A stretch of 64,000 bases of DNA. It comes from Nitrosopumilus sp. (GTDB taxonomy: Archaea > Thermoproteota > Nitrososphaeria > Nitrososphaerales > Nitrosopumilaceae). The stretch spans positions 768,001 to 832,000 of the forward strand of contig OZ242220.1 in the NCBI GenBank assembly GCA_965206745.1. The letters are read 5' to 3'. The first letter of the stretch is position 1. The number at the start of each line of letters is the position of its first letter. Below, piece by piece: positions 1 through 9,747 of the stretch. Made by a program: the position numbers and the translations under genes. Under the pieces are notes generated by a model. That model did not search any database and was not told where the DNA came from. It saw only the letters and a program-made list of their open reading frames with translations.

Positions 1-1819
1 CAGAGTATATCCTAGGGATGGTGTCCTGAATTGGATCAATTATTGGTGGCTGGTTCTCATTGTTTACAGTTAGGATGCCCTGCTGTATCTTTGATGTTCC
101 AGTGCCATCTGTAAATGTCCATAGGGACTCGTAGGTTGCAGGATCTTCTTTGGCAGACACTGTATCAAATGGAATGGCGCCTGTAAATGAGCCAGTTGTA
201 TGATCCAAGAGTTCTATGATGGATGGGGGCAGGTTGCCGCCTGTAATGTCATAGTTGGATCTGGTGTCTGGTGGTATCTCATCAGGATTTGTAACCACGC
301 TGGACAAAGGAGTAATGGCATTATCTTCGGATAATGTTTGTGTGTATGGGGTAAATGTCGGTAAATTATTTGGGTCTATCTTAATTGCAACAATTTTACT
401 TTCTTGCGCTCTTCCAGAATCAATCAGGGTAAATGTAAATCCTGCCGTCATGTCGCCATGAATATCCTTTGGAGTCCATGAGAATGTTGCTCCTGCCACA
501 TCTATCATGATGCCGTCGTACCTGGCCATCTTTCCTACAATTGCTTGTGTAATAACTGGATTCATGATCATTGTATCTGTAGTGATGTTATGTGTTAACC
601 TCCACATTGTAGTATCGCCGTCAAGATCCGAGCCTGTCAGGGTAAATACTGTAGGCTCACTTACATAAAGTGATGCGGGGACTGTGTCGGGAAAGTCATC
701 TATCACCGGGGTTTCGTTGAGAGTACTTTGAATGTAATTGACAAAGAAACTCTTAGTTAACTTGTCGGTGACTACTTTTGAATTAATGGTCTTTTCAGCA
801 TTAATGACTATTGAATATTCGCCAAGTCCCGAGTTCTCTGGTACATAATATGTTGTAGCAAAGTGCCCTCTGTTACTGGTTATTTCGTTAAATGAATGAA
901 CCGTGTCACCGTCTGCATTTTTTATCTTGCCTGAAATCTTGACATCATTAATTTTCCCATCATTGAAATTGTAATCGTTATTTTTGTTAATTTTAGGATC
1001 AAAGATAAGGCCACTTAGAGAAAACTCTTTTTTATATTCCACTGAACGGGGATTCTGAACCACTATTTTTATTTGATCATCTATTATTCTCTTAATTGGA
1101 CTTGGAACAGGCCTGTCTTTGTTTACTATTTCTTGCCTTAGTTGCTTGCCTGATTTATTCTGGATCTTTTCTGCATTTTGAGCAATTAATTTTTTGATTA
1201 ACGCACTTTGTTCTTTCTCTTTCTCTTGCTTTTGCAAATCTTTATTGGTAAGTATATCTTCTTGCCTCTTTTGGAATTCCAAAGCTTGCTTTTCCAATCT
1301 ATCTTGTTTCTCCCTGGCCTTTTCTCCCTTGGCATTCTCAACTGCTAATTCTTGAGAGGCAACTTTTAATTTTTGAGCTTCAAACTCTTGCGCGAAATCC
1401 CGAGGTTTGGATTTTTCGGCACTCTGCCCTGTTTTGGCATCTGGGTTGTCTGATTTGAACAATATTCTCTGCTTTTCCCCATCGAGTTTAATTTTAGATA
1501 TTAAAACATAATTTCCCGTATCCTTCTGTTTTCCTAAAACCAGATTCCTCTTTTCATCAATAATGATAAAATAATTTTCTTTGATCTTTACTTTGGGATT
1601 TTCTAAGACTAATTTCTCTGTTTCGCCATCGTTACTGATCGTCAAGTAGGCATCTTTTAATTTATTATCTGCAAAATCAAGATAAATACTTGATTTCTTA
1701 TTCTTTCCAAGTCCTGAACCTTCTAAACTAAGATCATCTGCATCCAAACTGAAAGCATCTTGAGGTATCATTAGCACAAGAATAAGCGCAAGAACAGGCG
1801 CCATCACCAGCAATTTCAT
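1..1819 (-). CDS. Large secreted/surface protein with coiled-coil and Ig/cadherin-like domains (runs off window start)
   Basis: Read by hand, absent from the ORF track because it is truncated. ATG at 1819, signal-peptide-like MKLLVMAPVLALILVLMIPQDAFS, a K/E/Q-rich helical region, then cadherin-like motifs (NETPVIDD, FTLTGSDLDGD, FSWTP, NENQPPIIDPI). Open for >=606 codons. Confidence 0.8.
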   Translation of the reverse strand, partial: MKLLVMAPVLALILVLMIPQDAFSLDADDLSLEGSGLGKNKKSSIYLDFADNKLKDAYLTISNDGETEKLVLENPKVKIKENYFIIIDEKRNLVLGKQKDTGNYVLISKIKLDGEKQRILFKSDNPDAKTGQSAEKSKPRDFAQEFEAQKLKVASQELAVENAKGEKAREKQDRLEKQALEFQKRQEDILTNKDLQKQEKEKEQSALIKKLIAQNAEKIQNKSGKQLRQEIVNKDRPVPSPIKRIIDDQIKIVVQNPRSVEYKKEFSLSGLIFDPKINKNNDYNFNDGKINDVKISGKIKNADGDTVHSFNEITSNRGHFATTYYVPENSGLGEYSIVINAEKTINSKVVTDKLTKSFFVNYIQSTLNETPVIDDFPDTVPASLYVSEPTVFTLTGSDLDGDTTMWRLTHNITTDTMIMNPVITQAIVGKMARYDGIMIDVAGATFSWTPKDIHGDMTAGFTFTLIDSGRAQESKIVAIKIDPNNLPTFTPYTQTLSEDNAITPLSSVVTNPDEIPPDTRSNYDITGGNLPPSIIELLDHTTGSFTGAIPFDTVSAKEDPATYESLWTFTDGTGTSKIQQGILTVNNENQPPIIDPIQDTIPRIYS

Positions 1820-1866
1820 ATGCGATTTTATTATCTGCGGTTAATATATTATTTGTATACTTTTGA

Positions 1867-1956
1867 GTATGAGGCCGGCTATTCAAAAAACCAGATACAA
1901 AAATATTCCTGATTGTATTGATTCATGCCTGATGGTGCACCGGCTAGCTGACACAT
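1867..1956 (+). repeat. Dispersed ~90-bp TIR element, copy D (3' end degenerate)
   Basis: GTATGAGGCCGGCTATTCAAAAAACCAGATACAAAAATATTCCTGATTGTATTGATTCATGCCTGA aligns by eye with the copies at 23095, 28333, 34153 and 55046. Confidence 0.65.
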
Positions 1957-2237
1957 TTTTGAACTGATAACTCAATACTAGTCAATAATTTCTACGTAAA
2001 GAAGACATGCATTACATCCATTCTCAATCACCGAATTGGTTTGACCAAATCAAGATTGTCGAATCTCAGAGAATGTTCAGGATTAAAAGTAATGGCTGAA
2101 CATTGCATAAAATCTGCCTTGAAAAATAAGCAAGATGAAATTACTCATCAACACAGAGTTCATCTGCGTTTGTAGAGTTTAAGGTGATATTTTACCTAAT
2201 TACAAAATATGATGATCCAAACGGACTATTCTCCAAT

Positions 2238-3236
2238 CTATTTTTGTGGCTTCTCAGCAAGTATTCCCTTTGGCCTAAACAACAAAACAATAATTACCAC
2301 ACCACCTAGCAACAAATAATCAAGCCAGATAATATCAAAGGGGAGATAGTCTGCAAACAAGTCATTGTAAAAGATTATCGACTTTCGAATAACAACAAAA
2401 ATCAGGGTGCCCAGCAAGACCCCCTTGTTGTTTGCCATGCCGCCAACTATGACCATGACCAAAGGCAAAAACGTCCAGTTCAGCCTGTTATACCCAAATG
2501 CCACAACCCCCTCAACGTATGAGGCATAAAGCAAACCGCCTATTGCACCGATCATACCTGCAATCATCAGTGTCTTTATCTTGGTGTGTACGATGTTTCT
2601 TCCCAGGGATTGCAGTGCAACCTCGTCGTCTCTAGTTGCGCGAAGCAATCGCCCGACAGGGGAGTTTGTAAATTTAGATACGACAAAGTAGATGATTCCT
2701 GCAAAGCCTAGCAACACCAAGCTAGATCCCAAGAATCTAAACTCATCGGGCAGAAACGACATAAAGTCAGGAACCCCTACACCTAGAGTACCGCCTACTA
2801 ATCCCTCATAGTTAATTCCCACAATGCGTATGATCTCGCCGAACGCTAACAAGACTATTGCAAGATAGTCTCCCCGAAGTCTTATTGCAGGGTATGATGA
2901 TATGATGCCCAATAGCATCCCTACAAATATGGCAATCAGTACAGTTACTGCAAAAACCAAAACTGACAACTCTGGATGTGTCTGTATGTGTGAGTTTATC
3001 TGGGATATCACATCTATATTATCATGTATCGGGTCTCCCTCAATTCCCAGGATATAGCCATAGAGGCGAATGGGAATGATTCCCATCACGAATGCCCCTG
3101 CCCCCACAACTAACACTTTGCCAAAGTTGGGAATACCTGCAAAGCCAAACTCGAGATTCAGGCTGAGATTAATTATCAGATATATTGAAAAAATTGCAAT
3201 CAGATCTGTAAAAAATATAATTTCAGAGCCTATCAT
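2238..3236 (-). CDS. livM: Branched-chain amino acid ABC transporter permease (LivM-like)
   Basis: Multi-TM protein with RLRGDYLAIVLLAFGEIIR and SPVGRLLRATRDDE motifs; last gene of the operon. Confidence 0.9.
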   Translation of the reverse strand: MIGSEIIFFTDLIAIFSIYLIINLSLNLEFGFAGIPNFGKVLVVGAGAFVMGIIPIRLYGYILGIEGDPIHDNIDVISQINSHIQTHPELSVLVFAVTVLIAIFVGMLLGIISSYPAIRLRGDYLAIVLLAFGEIIRIVGINYEGLVGGTLGVGVPDFMSFLPDEFRFLGSSLVLLGFAGIIYFVVSKFTNSPVGRLLRATRDDEVALQSLGRNIVHTKIKTLMIAGMIGAIGGLLYASYVEGVVAFGYNRLNWTFLPLVMVIVGGMANNKGVLLGTLIFVVIRKSIIFYNDLFADYLPFDIIWLDYLLLGGVVIIVLLFRPKGILAEKPQK

Positions 3237-4135
3237 TTTTGTCTCATCCTTTTTATTACATGTGATATTCCCTTGGGCGATATCAATAGTGTAGCTATGA
3301 TAAAGATGAACGGTATGATTGGCCTATACGGTACAATCCAGTATCCAAAGATAGATGCCAGTCTTTCAGTGCCAATAATCTCACTAAATCCGATAACTAT
3401 GCCTCCAAGTACAGCACCATAAATGCTCGAGAAACCTCCCACGATACTTCCTGCAAAAACACTTGGAAGCATTATGGCTGAAAGGCTTGGATCTCCCTGG
3501 AACCACAAAGACATCAACACGCCTGCCAGTCCGCCCAAGCCTCCGCTTAGAAACCACGACACACAAAATATCTTAGTCGTGTTGATTCCAAAACTAGATG
3601 CAAGATCGGTGTTTTCGATGCTTGCCCTCATCGATATTCCAAATTTTGTCTTGTACAGTAAATAATACAGACCAATAACCAGAGCTGTTATGGTTATCAT
3701 TGATACTATTAGTACCAGTGGCACGTCGTATACCAGTATGTCGTAACTCCTTAATGTAAAATCCCTGGAGCTTATCCGAAATGTATGGTGTATAGAGTCT
3801 GCGATAATATTGAGAATGCCTATCATAAAGATGTCAAATGCCAAAGTAGCAAGGATTAGTGACAGGTAAGATGATTTTCTCTTCTTTAAAACCCTGATTA
3901 TGCCATAGTACAAAAACAATGAGGTTGCACCAGATACTGCAAATGCTAACGGTATCGCGACATAGGGGTTTGTCTCAAATATCTTTGTTGTAATCAGTGC
4001 CATGTACATTCCAAGTATTGCAAATGAGGTATGGGCAAAATTTGGGACGTTTGTTATTTTGTATGTCAGAGTCAATCCCACGCACAGGACAACTAGTACG
4101 CAGGAATACACGATGGCGTCGACTAGGAGTATCAT
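3233..4135 (-). CDS. livH: Branched-chain amino acid ABC transporter permease (LivH-like)
   Basis: GLTLTY..NFAH and TKFGISMRASIENTDLA motifs; 4-bp overlap with neighbours. Confidence 0.9.
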   Translation of the reverse strand: MILLVDAIVYSCVLVVLCVGLTLTYKITNVPNFAHTSFAILGMYMALITTKIFETNPYVAIPLAFAVSGATSLFLYYGIIRVLKKRKSSYLSLILATLAFDIFMIGILNIIADSIHHTFRISSRDFTLRSYDILVYDVPLVLIVSMITITALVIGLYYLLYKTKFGISMRASIENTDLASSFGINTTKIFCVSWFLSGGLGGLAGVLMSLWFQGDPSLSAIMLPSVFAGSIVGGFSSIYGAVLGGIVIGFSEIIGTERLASIFGYWIVPYRPIIPFIFIIATLLISPKGISHVIKRMRQK

Positions 4136-4839
4136 TTTACATCAATTCCCAAATAATTTGATGCAAGATCGGGATCAGACAACAGTTTTTGCGGCGTTCC
4201 GTTGTATGCCACCTTGCCGTTTGTAAATAAATAACACGCATCGCAGATACTCAGGGCGTTTTTTATGTTCTGTTCTACTAGAATGACACAGTTGTCCATT
4301 TTTTTTTGTATCTCCTTGATTTTATCCAAAACCATCTCTGCATTTTTTGGCGAAAGATTTGCAGTTGGTTCATCAAAGAGCATCACGTCTGGGCGTTTTG
4401 ATATTGTCATTGCCATTGCCAATAACTGTCGCTGTCCTCCGCTAAGCTGCCTTGCATCCAAATTCAGAATGTCCCTTAGCGTCGGGAAAAAATCAAAGAC
4501 ATATTCAAGATCAGGCGAGTTGGGAAGATTCCCGATTACCAAATTCTCATAGACGCTAAGATCTGCAAACACGTTATTGTTCTGTGCCATATATGTGACT
4601 CCCAATGACTGCATCTTGAATGTTGGAATGTCTGTGATTTCCTGCCGATGTAAATATATCGATCCTGAGAAAATATCACACAACCCATAGATTGATTTTA
4701 GCAGCGTGCTTTTGCCTGAGCCATTAGATCCTACAATCACTATGATGTTGTTATCTGCACTGAAACTGACGTCGTGTAATATCTGTTTTTTGTCATACCC
4801 ACTGCATAAATTTTTTACATCGATTGTCATTATGGTCAC
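4132..4839 (-). CDS. livF: Branched-chain amino acid ABC transporter ATPase (LivF-like)
   Basis: Walker A GSNGSGKS, LSGGQRQ, DEPT, VEQN. Confidence 0.9.
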   Translation of the reverse strand: MTIMTIDVKNLCSGYDKKQILHDVSFSADNNIIVIVGSNGSGKSTLLKSIYGLCDIFSGSIYLHRQEITDIPTFKMQSLGVTYMAQNNNVFADLSVYENLVIGNLPNSPDLEYVFDFFPTLRDILNLDARQLSGGQRQLLAMAMTISKRPDVMLFDEPTANLSPKNAEMVLDKIKEIQKKMDNCVILVEQNIKNALSICDACYLFTNGKVAYNGTPQKLLSDPDLASNYLGIDVK

Positions 4840-5585
4840 CTGAGATATGATGAGATTACTTTCTCATCGGCGAGTATCTTGTCAGGCGCGTCTTGTGCGA
4901 TCAGTTCCCCATTGTCCATAACAAAAGCATGGTGGGAGTATTCTAGTGCAATATCTAGTCTGTGTTCTACAATCAAAAACGTGGTCTTGTTTGTCTTATT
5001 GATATCGCAAATTTTTTTGAAAATCTCATGGGCAAGTTTTGGGGCTATTCCTGCTATTGGCTCATCAAGTAAAACGATTTTGGAGTCGCTCATCAATGTT
5101 TTTGCAAGCTCCAGCAATTTTATCTGTCCGCCGCTAAGATCATATGCCAGGTTGGAGGATAACTGTTCAAGTCCCAGCACTCTGAGGATGTCTAATGCCG
5201 TCTCCCTTATCTGTTCTTCTTGCTTCTCCCATCTTTTTTGTAGCAATGCAAGACGAAATGATTCGCCAACACAATATCTGGCCATCAGCAGGTTCTCTAG
5301 GGCAGACAGGTTGGAGAATAATCTAGGCGTCTGAAACGTCCTGATGATGCCCAGATTAAATATCTCATCAGGGCGTTTTTTTGAGATATCCCTGCCATCT
5401 AAGAGGATTTGACCCTCATCTATCCTGAGCAGTCCTGAGAGTGCATTGATAGTTGTAGTTTTGCCTGAACCGTTGGAACCCATGAGCAAATTTATCTGTC
5501 CTTCTTTGATATTCAGAGACAGGTTATTTACTGCAGTGTTGCCGCCATATTGCTTTGTTATATTGTGTAGTTCAAGTATGCTCAA
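4836..5585 (-). CDS. livG: Branched-chain amino acid ABC transporter ATPase (LivG-like)
   Basis: GSNGSGKT, RTFQ, LSGGQ, DEP, VEH; likely TTG start at 5585 overlapping the upstream stop. Confidence 0.9.
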   Translation of the reverse strand: MSILELHNITKQYGGNTAVNNLSLNIKEGQINLLMGSNGSGKTTTINALSGLLRIDEGQILLDGRDISKKRPDEIFNLGIIRTFQTPRLFSNLSALENLLMARYCVGESFRLALLQKRWEKQEEQIRETALDILRVLGLEQLSSNLAYDLSGGQIKLLELAKTLMSDSKIVLLDEPIAGIAPKLAHEIFKKICDINKTNKTTFLIVEHRLDIALEYSHHAFVMDNGELIAQDAPDKILADEKVISSYLR

Positions 5586-6835
5586 TTGAAAATCAAACTG
5601 TTTGAGGCTGCATCGTATTTGCCTGACAATGTCCACACGCCCTCAGATACTATCCATAACTCATAGTCACTCTTGTCCAAATCTCCATATTCGTTTAATA
5701 CTATGTTGCCGATGGCACCTACATGGTTTGAGGCTATCTCAGGCAGCCGCTCTTTGATTAAATTTGCGTCTAAGGATTGTAGATCAAGTATTGTCAATCC
5801 CAAGAGCCATACTGAATCATAAGAAGAGTAGGCATAATTGTTAGGCGAGGATCCTGTCTCTATGATAAAATGATCATGTACTTTTTGATATATGTCGTTT
5901 TTGGATGCTGAGAACTGTGGTGCAATCAAACCCACACTTTCAACAAACTCTGATGATATCCTATCATCTGTGATCTTGTCATCATTAGCTGATGCATCTG
6001 AACCAATCCATAATATGTTGTGTAAATTATCATAAGAGTCTGCAGAGTTTAACAGGTGTACTGACTCGTCAAAAGAATACATGACAATTGCGATCTCATC
6101 GACTGTATAGTCATTCAGATAAAAATCTACACGATCAGATATCAATTTGACCTCTGTGGAAAACACGGTGATCTCAGGAGAATACCTGATACCCTCATCT
6201 ATTATTCCACCTATGCTCTCAAAAGATAACTTTGATGATTCAAACAGGCCATCGCCCCAAACATCAGCACGATAAATGGGGATTGCAACTTTGATGTCAT
6301 TGTATGATAATAGCTCTGCTAGCACCACTCCCTGTTTGGTGTCATCAGGAACTAGACGGAAGATGTTGTCCTCTATTGCAAGCTTGGGGGATGTGGATGA
6401 CGGACTGATTAATAGCATCCCGTTAGAGTCTGCATATGATTTTACGTTCCTCAACTCACTGCTTGACTGTGTTCCCAAAACCAGCTTTATCCCCTTTGAA
6501 TTTACTGACTGGAGTTTTTCCAATGCCACGATGGGATCTGTCTGTGTATCCTCTACAACCAGATTCATACGCCATGGGGCATCTATTGACTCTAGATAAT
6601 CATTAAAATCAGATTTTGCAAACTGGATTGCAATGTTGCTGTCTTGGCCATGGCTTGCAATGTCCCCTGTTGCCGGAAGCAACACGCCTATGTTGACGGT
6701 TTCTGGGAGTGCCTGTATTTGGCTTGTATTATCGGACTGATCCTGTGATGGGTCTGACATACTAGATACGGAGTAGGATATTGCAGATATTATTATTGCT
6801 ACAGAAATTATGACAATTATGGCTTTGGTTTTCAT
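5582..6835 (-). CDS. livK: Branched-chain amino acid ABC transporter substrate-binding protein (LivK/J family)
   Basis: N-terminal anchor; IGVLLPATG, VEDTQTDP, ISPSSTSP, FRLVPDD and YDSV motifs of the type 1 periplasmic binding fold. Confidence 0.88.
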   Translation of the reverse strand: MKTKAIIVIISVAIIISAISYSVSSMSDPSQDQSDNTSQIQALPETVNIGVLLPATGDIASHGQDSNIAIQFAKSDFNDYLESIDAPWRMNLVVEDTQTDPIVALEKLQSVNSKGIKLVLGTQSSSELRNVKSYADSNGMLLISPSSTSPKLAIEDNIFRLVPDDTKQGVVLAELLSYNDIKVAIPIYRADVWGDGLFESSKLSFESIGGIIDEGIRYSPEITVFSTEVKLISDRVDFYLNDYTVDEIAIVMYSFDESVHLLNSADSYDNLHNILWIGSDASANDDKITDDRISSEFVESVGLIAPQFSASKNDIYQKVHDHFIIETGSSPNNYAYSSYDSVWLLGLTILDLQSLDANLIKERLPEIASNHVGAIGNIVLNEYGDLDKSDYELWIVSEGVWTLSGKYDAASNSLIFN

Positions 6836-7111
6836 TTACAATAAGTGCAAAAATGTGTTATATAATATGTTCTAAAAAGGGTACCGTATAAGATGCTGGC
6901 CTGTGTCCCTGTCACATCATTTATTGATCGCAAATTTGGAGGCAACCTCTACGTGGCCTGTTATCCAATTTTACAATCCTCAAGCAATCCTGAAACTCGC
7001 TCTGGTATTGATAAAAGCACTTTTGATCAGCTCCAAAACGCCTTTTCCATCATGATTCTCATTTTGATCTTTAAGAACCAGACGAATGCTTTAATTTGGT
7101 TCTAGGAGATT

Positions 7112-8242
7112 GTGATTCTAGTGAATTTTACAAATATTGATTTTGATCAATTGTTTTCGATGGGTGATGACTCAAACCCTCTCATAATGCTAATCTGGAT
7201 TCTTCCAATAATTCTTTTTGTGTTTTATGGACAACAGATCCAGCTATTTGTCACTTCTCGAGAAATCAAAAAAGAAATTAAAAAATTGAATGGTTTTAGA
7301 GATGAATCCAGAACCGAACTAATTGCTTATGTAAAAAATAATCTTAAAGCAAAAAATGATCCTATAAAAAAAATTGATAGGTTCATAGACTATTTCACGA
7401 TAATGCCTGTGGATATGGATCCTAACGGAATTGTTGAGAAAGTGCGCCACACTGTAAGGTCTAGGGAAGACTATACGCGCGAGCATGTAAAGGCCCTCTC
7501 TCCTGAAATGACTGACATTGAGTTATCCAAAGTCCAAACTCTGCTTGAAATTGCTTCTTCTTTGCAAATGATTTACAAGATAGTCAACCACATGTTCCTC
7601 ACTGCCAAGAAACAAAACAACTATCCTCTAATTTTGCCACTGCAAATGATTCTTCCTTTTGTAATGGAGCAGGCAGAAGCGATGAGGGAGGCGATTCCTG
7701 CATTTAGAACATGTCAACCCGTTGGTGATGGCATTGGTCCTATGGTTGTCGGAAAAATGATGTTAAACCATCAAAAAGAGACAATTGCCTTTCAAACATC
7801 TCTTGCAAAAATTGACTTTGAAGACAGGAAGATATTTCTTTTAAAAGCTGAAGGTCCGGGCTCAACTGTGGGGAGGCCTGCTGACGGATTGGAAAGAATT
7901 GTCTCTGAAAATAAAATCGATGTAATAATGATGGTTGATGCTGCGCTGAAGATGGAGGGTGAGGATTCGGCATCAATTGCTCAGGGTTTTGGTGCTGCTA
8001 TCGGCGGTATTGGCACTGAAAGATTTCAAATTGAAGCGATTGCCACTGTCAAAAATATCCCGATATTCTCCATTGTTGTAAAGCAATCTGTCAAGGAGGC
8101 GATAACTTTGATGACTAAAGACATTGCTGATACTGCAGATGATGTTCATACACAAGTCAATGAAATGATTCGTGAAAATTCTGTGCCTGGACAGTCTATA
8201 GTGATTATTGGGGTCGGCAATACTTCTGGAGTTTCACAATGA
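7112..8242 (+). CDS. DUF1512-family conserved archaeal membrane-anchored protein
   Basis: PVDMDPNG, PVGDGIGP, VDAALKMEGE, GVGNT motifs. Confidence 0.8.
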   Translation: MILVNFTNIDFDQLFSMGDDSNPLIMLIWILPIILFVFYGQQIQLFVTSREIKKEIKKLNGFRDESRTELIAYVKNNLKAKNDPIKKIDRFIDYFTIMPVDMDPNGIVEKVRHTVRSREDYTREHVKALSPEMTDIELSKVQTLLEIASSLQMIYKIVNHMFLTAKKQNNYPLILPLQMILPFVMEQAEAMREAIPAFRTCQPVGDGIGPMVVGKMMLNHQKETIAFQTSLAKIDFEDRKIFLLKAEGPGSTVGRPADGLERIVSENKIDVIMMVDAALKMEGEDSASIAQGFGAAIGGIGTERFQIEAIATVKNIPIFSIVVKQSVKEAITLMTKDIADTADDVHTQVNEMIRENSVPGQSIVIIGVGNTSGVSQ

Positions 8243-8421
8243 TCTTCTCAAAGAAAAAAATCACCGCCGAGTATACTGTAGAGCAGTGTACAAAATGTGG
8301 TACTTTGATGAAAAGAAAATTCTGTGATGGAGATATTTTATTTTCTGAACTCTCCAAATGTAACTCATGTGATGGGCTAACCCGAATTGAGAAGATATTT
8401 GGCGAAACCATGGAGCACTAG
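8239..8421 (+). CDS. Small Zn-ribbon protein
   Basis: CTKC...CNSC; ATGA overlap with the DUF1512 stop. Confidence 0.8.
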   Translation: MIFSKKKITAEYTVEQCTKCGTLMKRKFCDGDILFSELSKCNSCDGLTRIEKIFGETMEH

Positions 8422-8429
8422 CTCCAAAA

Positions 8430-8543
8430 TCAGTCTGTCCTATATTTCAAGTTACAGGAGGGACAAAACCATGAAGCCGTCTCTCCCTGCTCCTTAAACA
8501 TAAATCCACCGCATTTGGGACACGGGCTTACTTCTTCACTCAT
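8430..8543 (-). CDS. 37-aa CPxCG Zn-finger microprotein
   Basis: Hand-translated MSEEVSPCPKCGGFMFKEQGETASWFCPSCNLKYRTD; directly downstream of map on the same strand. Confidence 0.7.
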   Translation of the reverse strand: MSEEVSPCPKCGGFMFKEQGETASWFCPSCNLKYRTD

Positions 8544-8563
8544 AAATTCTCATTGCTTTGCCC

Positions 8564-9460
8564 TTATCTTGCTATGGTCGTTACAGTAACTCCGTTTTCG
8601 TTGGGAATGAAGGTGTGTTCTGCCTGTGCGACCCTTTGCTCGTTAACTTCGATCAGCACTGGATATGCTTGAACGGCTTTTTTCTTTACCAGAAAATCTA
8701 ACAGTTCCCTTGCTTGCTTCTCTTCCCATTCTTTTGTAATCCACCGTAATGCAAATGGCAACATGTTGCAGTTGTCCCATATGAAATCCAGCAATCTGTC
8801 TGCCTCCTCGTTCTTTGTCTTCTTTCGTGAATTTATCGCAAAAATATTTTTTATGTTTCCATTTCTGACAAATCCTCCTCCCTGTTCCGTAGTTACAAAT
8901 GGCTCACACGCATAGGCTGAATTTTCTGAGAGTGAAAATCCGCCAATCGACCAAATGTTTGGAATTGACTTTCCTGCGTGAATTGTATATTGATCCAGTG
9001 AATGACCGCTGAGATTTGCAATCGGTTTGAATCCCTTCTTTTTAATGGTCTTCTCAATGGTTCTTCCGATGTCACTTGCTTTGACATCTGTTTTTATCAT
9101 GGACATTGCATTTCCTAAAGCTTCCTCTGCAGCTTGAACCAACCCATCAAACTGGGCATCATAACATACAGTCACAGCTGTATCTGCAATGTACCCGTCA
9201 ATCTGTGCACCAAGATCAATTTTTACCAAATCTGTATCTTTGATTGTGATGGGATCATTTGGCTCTGCAGTATAGTGGGCTGCAATCTCATTAATGCTGG
9301 CATTGACTGGAAATGCGCACTTTGCTCCCCTTTTCTTGATCTCCTCTTCCACCTCTTCACAAATATCAAATACTGTTCTGCCTACCCAGTTTTTTACTCG
9401 TACCATCTCTCTTACTTCAGCTGCAATTTTGCCTGCCTTGACGTACTGTTCTGTCTGCAC
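8564..9460 (-). CDS. map: Type II methionine aminopeptidase
   Basis: AHYT, KIDLGAQIDGYIADTA, GHSL, HAGKSIP, EPF, QAEHT motifs; GTG start at 9460 (the longer ORF runs into the tRNA). Confidence 0.95.
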   Translation of the reverse strand: MQTEQYVKAGKIAAEVREMVRVKNWVGRTVFDICEEVEEEIKKRGAKCAFPVNASINEIAAHYTAEPNDPITIKDTDLVKIDLGAQIDGYIADTAVTVCYDAQFDGLVQAAEEALGNAMSMIKTDVKASDIGRTIEKTIKKKGFKPIANLSGHSLDQYTIHAGKSIPNIWSIGGFSLSENSAYACEPFVTTEQGGGFVRNGNIKNIFAINSRKKTKNEEADRLLDFIWDNCNMLPFALRWITKEWEEKQARELLDFLVKKKAVQAYPVLIEVNEQRVAQAEHTFIPNENGVTVTTIAR

Positions 9461-9532
9461 GATTTCGATCCTGATTTTACCTTTAAAATCATTACCTGTG
9501 AAGCTTAAATTGGGCAGTTCTTTGGATTTATT

Positions 9533-9609
9533 GGGATTGTGGTCTAGCTTGGTATGATTCTGCGTTTGGGACGCAGAGGTCGGGAATTCAAATTTCCCCA
9601 ATCCCACCA
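9533..9609 (+). tRNA. tRNA-Pro(UGG), intronless, CCA encoded
   Basis: Acceptor GGGATTG/CAATCCC, anticodon arm CTGCG-TTTGGGA-CGCAG, T arm GGGAA-TTCAAAT-TTCCC, ends ACCA. Confidence 0.95.
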
Positions 9610-9747
9610 TATCATCTTATTATCGAATTAAACCATACTCTATTGCCGAGCAATGATGAAGAGTTAGAGTAATGATTTTAAGGTGATTAAAACCAATTGG
9701 ACCTGAGCTACGGCATGTTTTTAAGAATTGTCTGTTTTCTTGGTTTA

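Noticed and set aside
9461-9610. N-terminal extension of map in the ORF track
   Set aside because: Overlaps tRNA-Pro on the opposite strand; Map similarity begins near the GTG at 9460.
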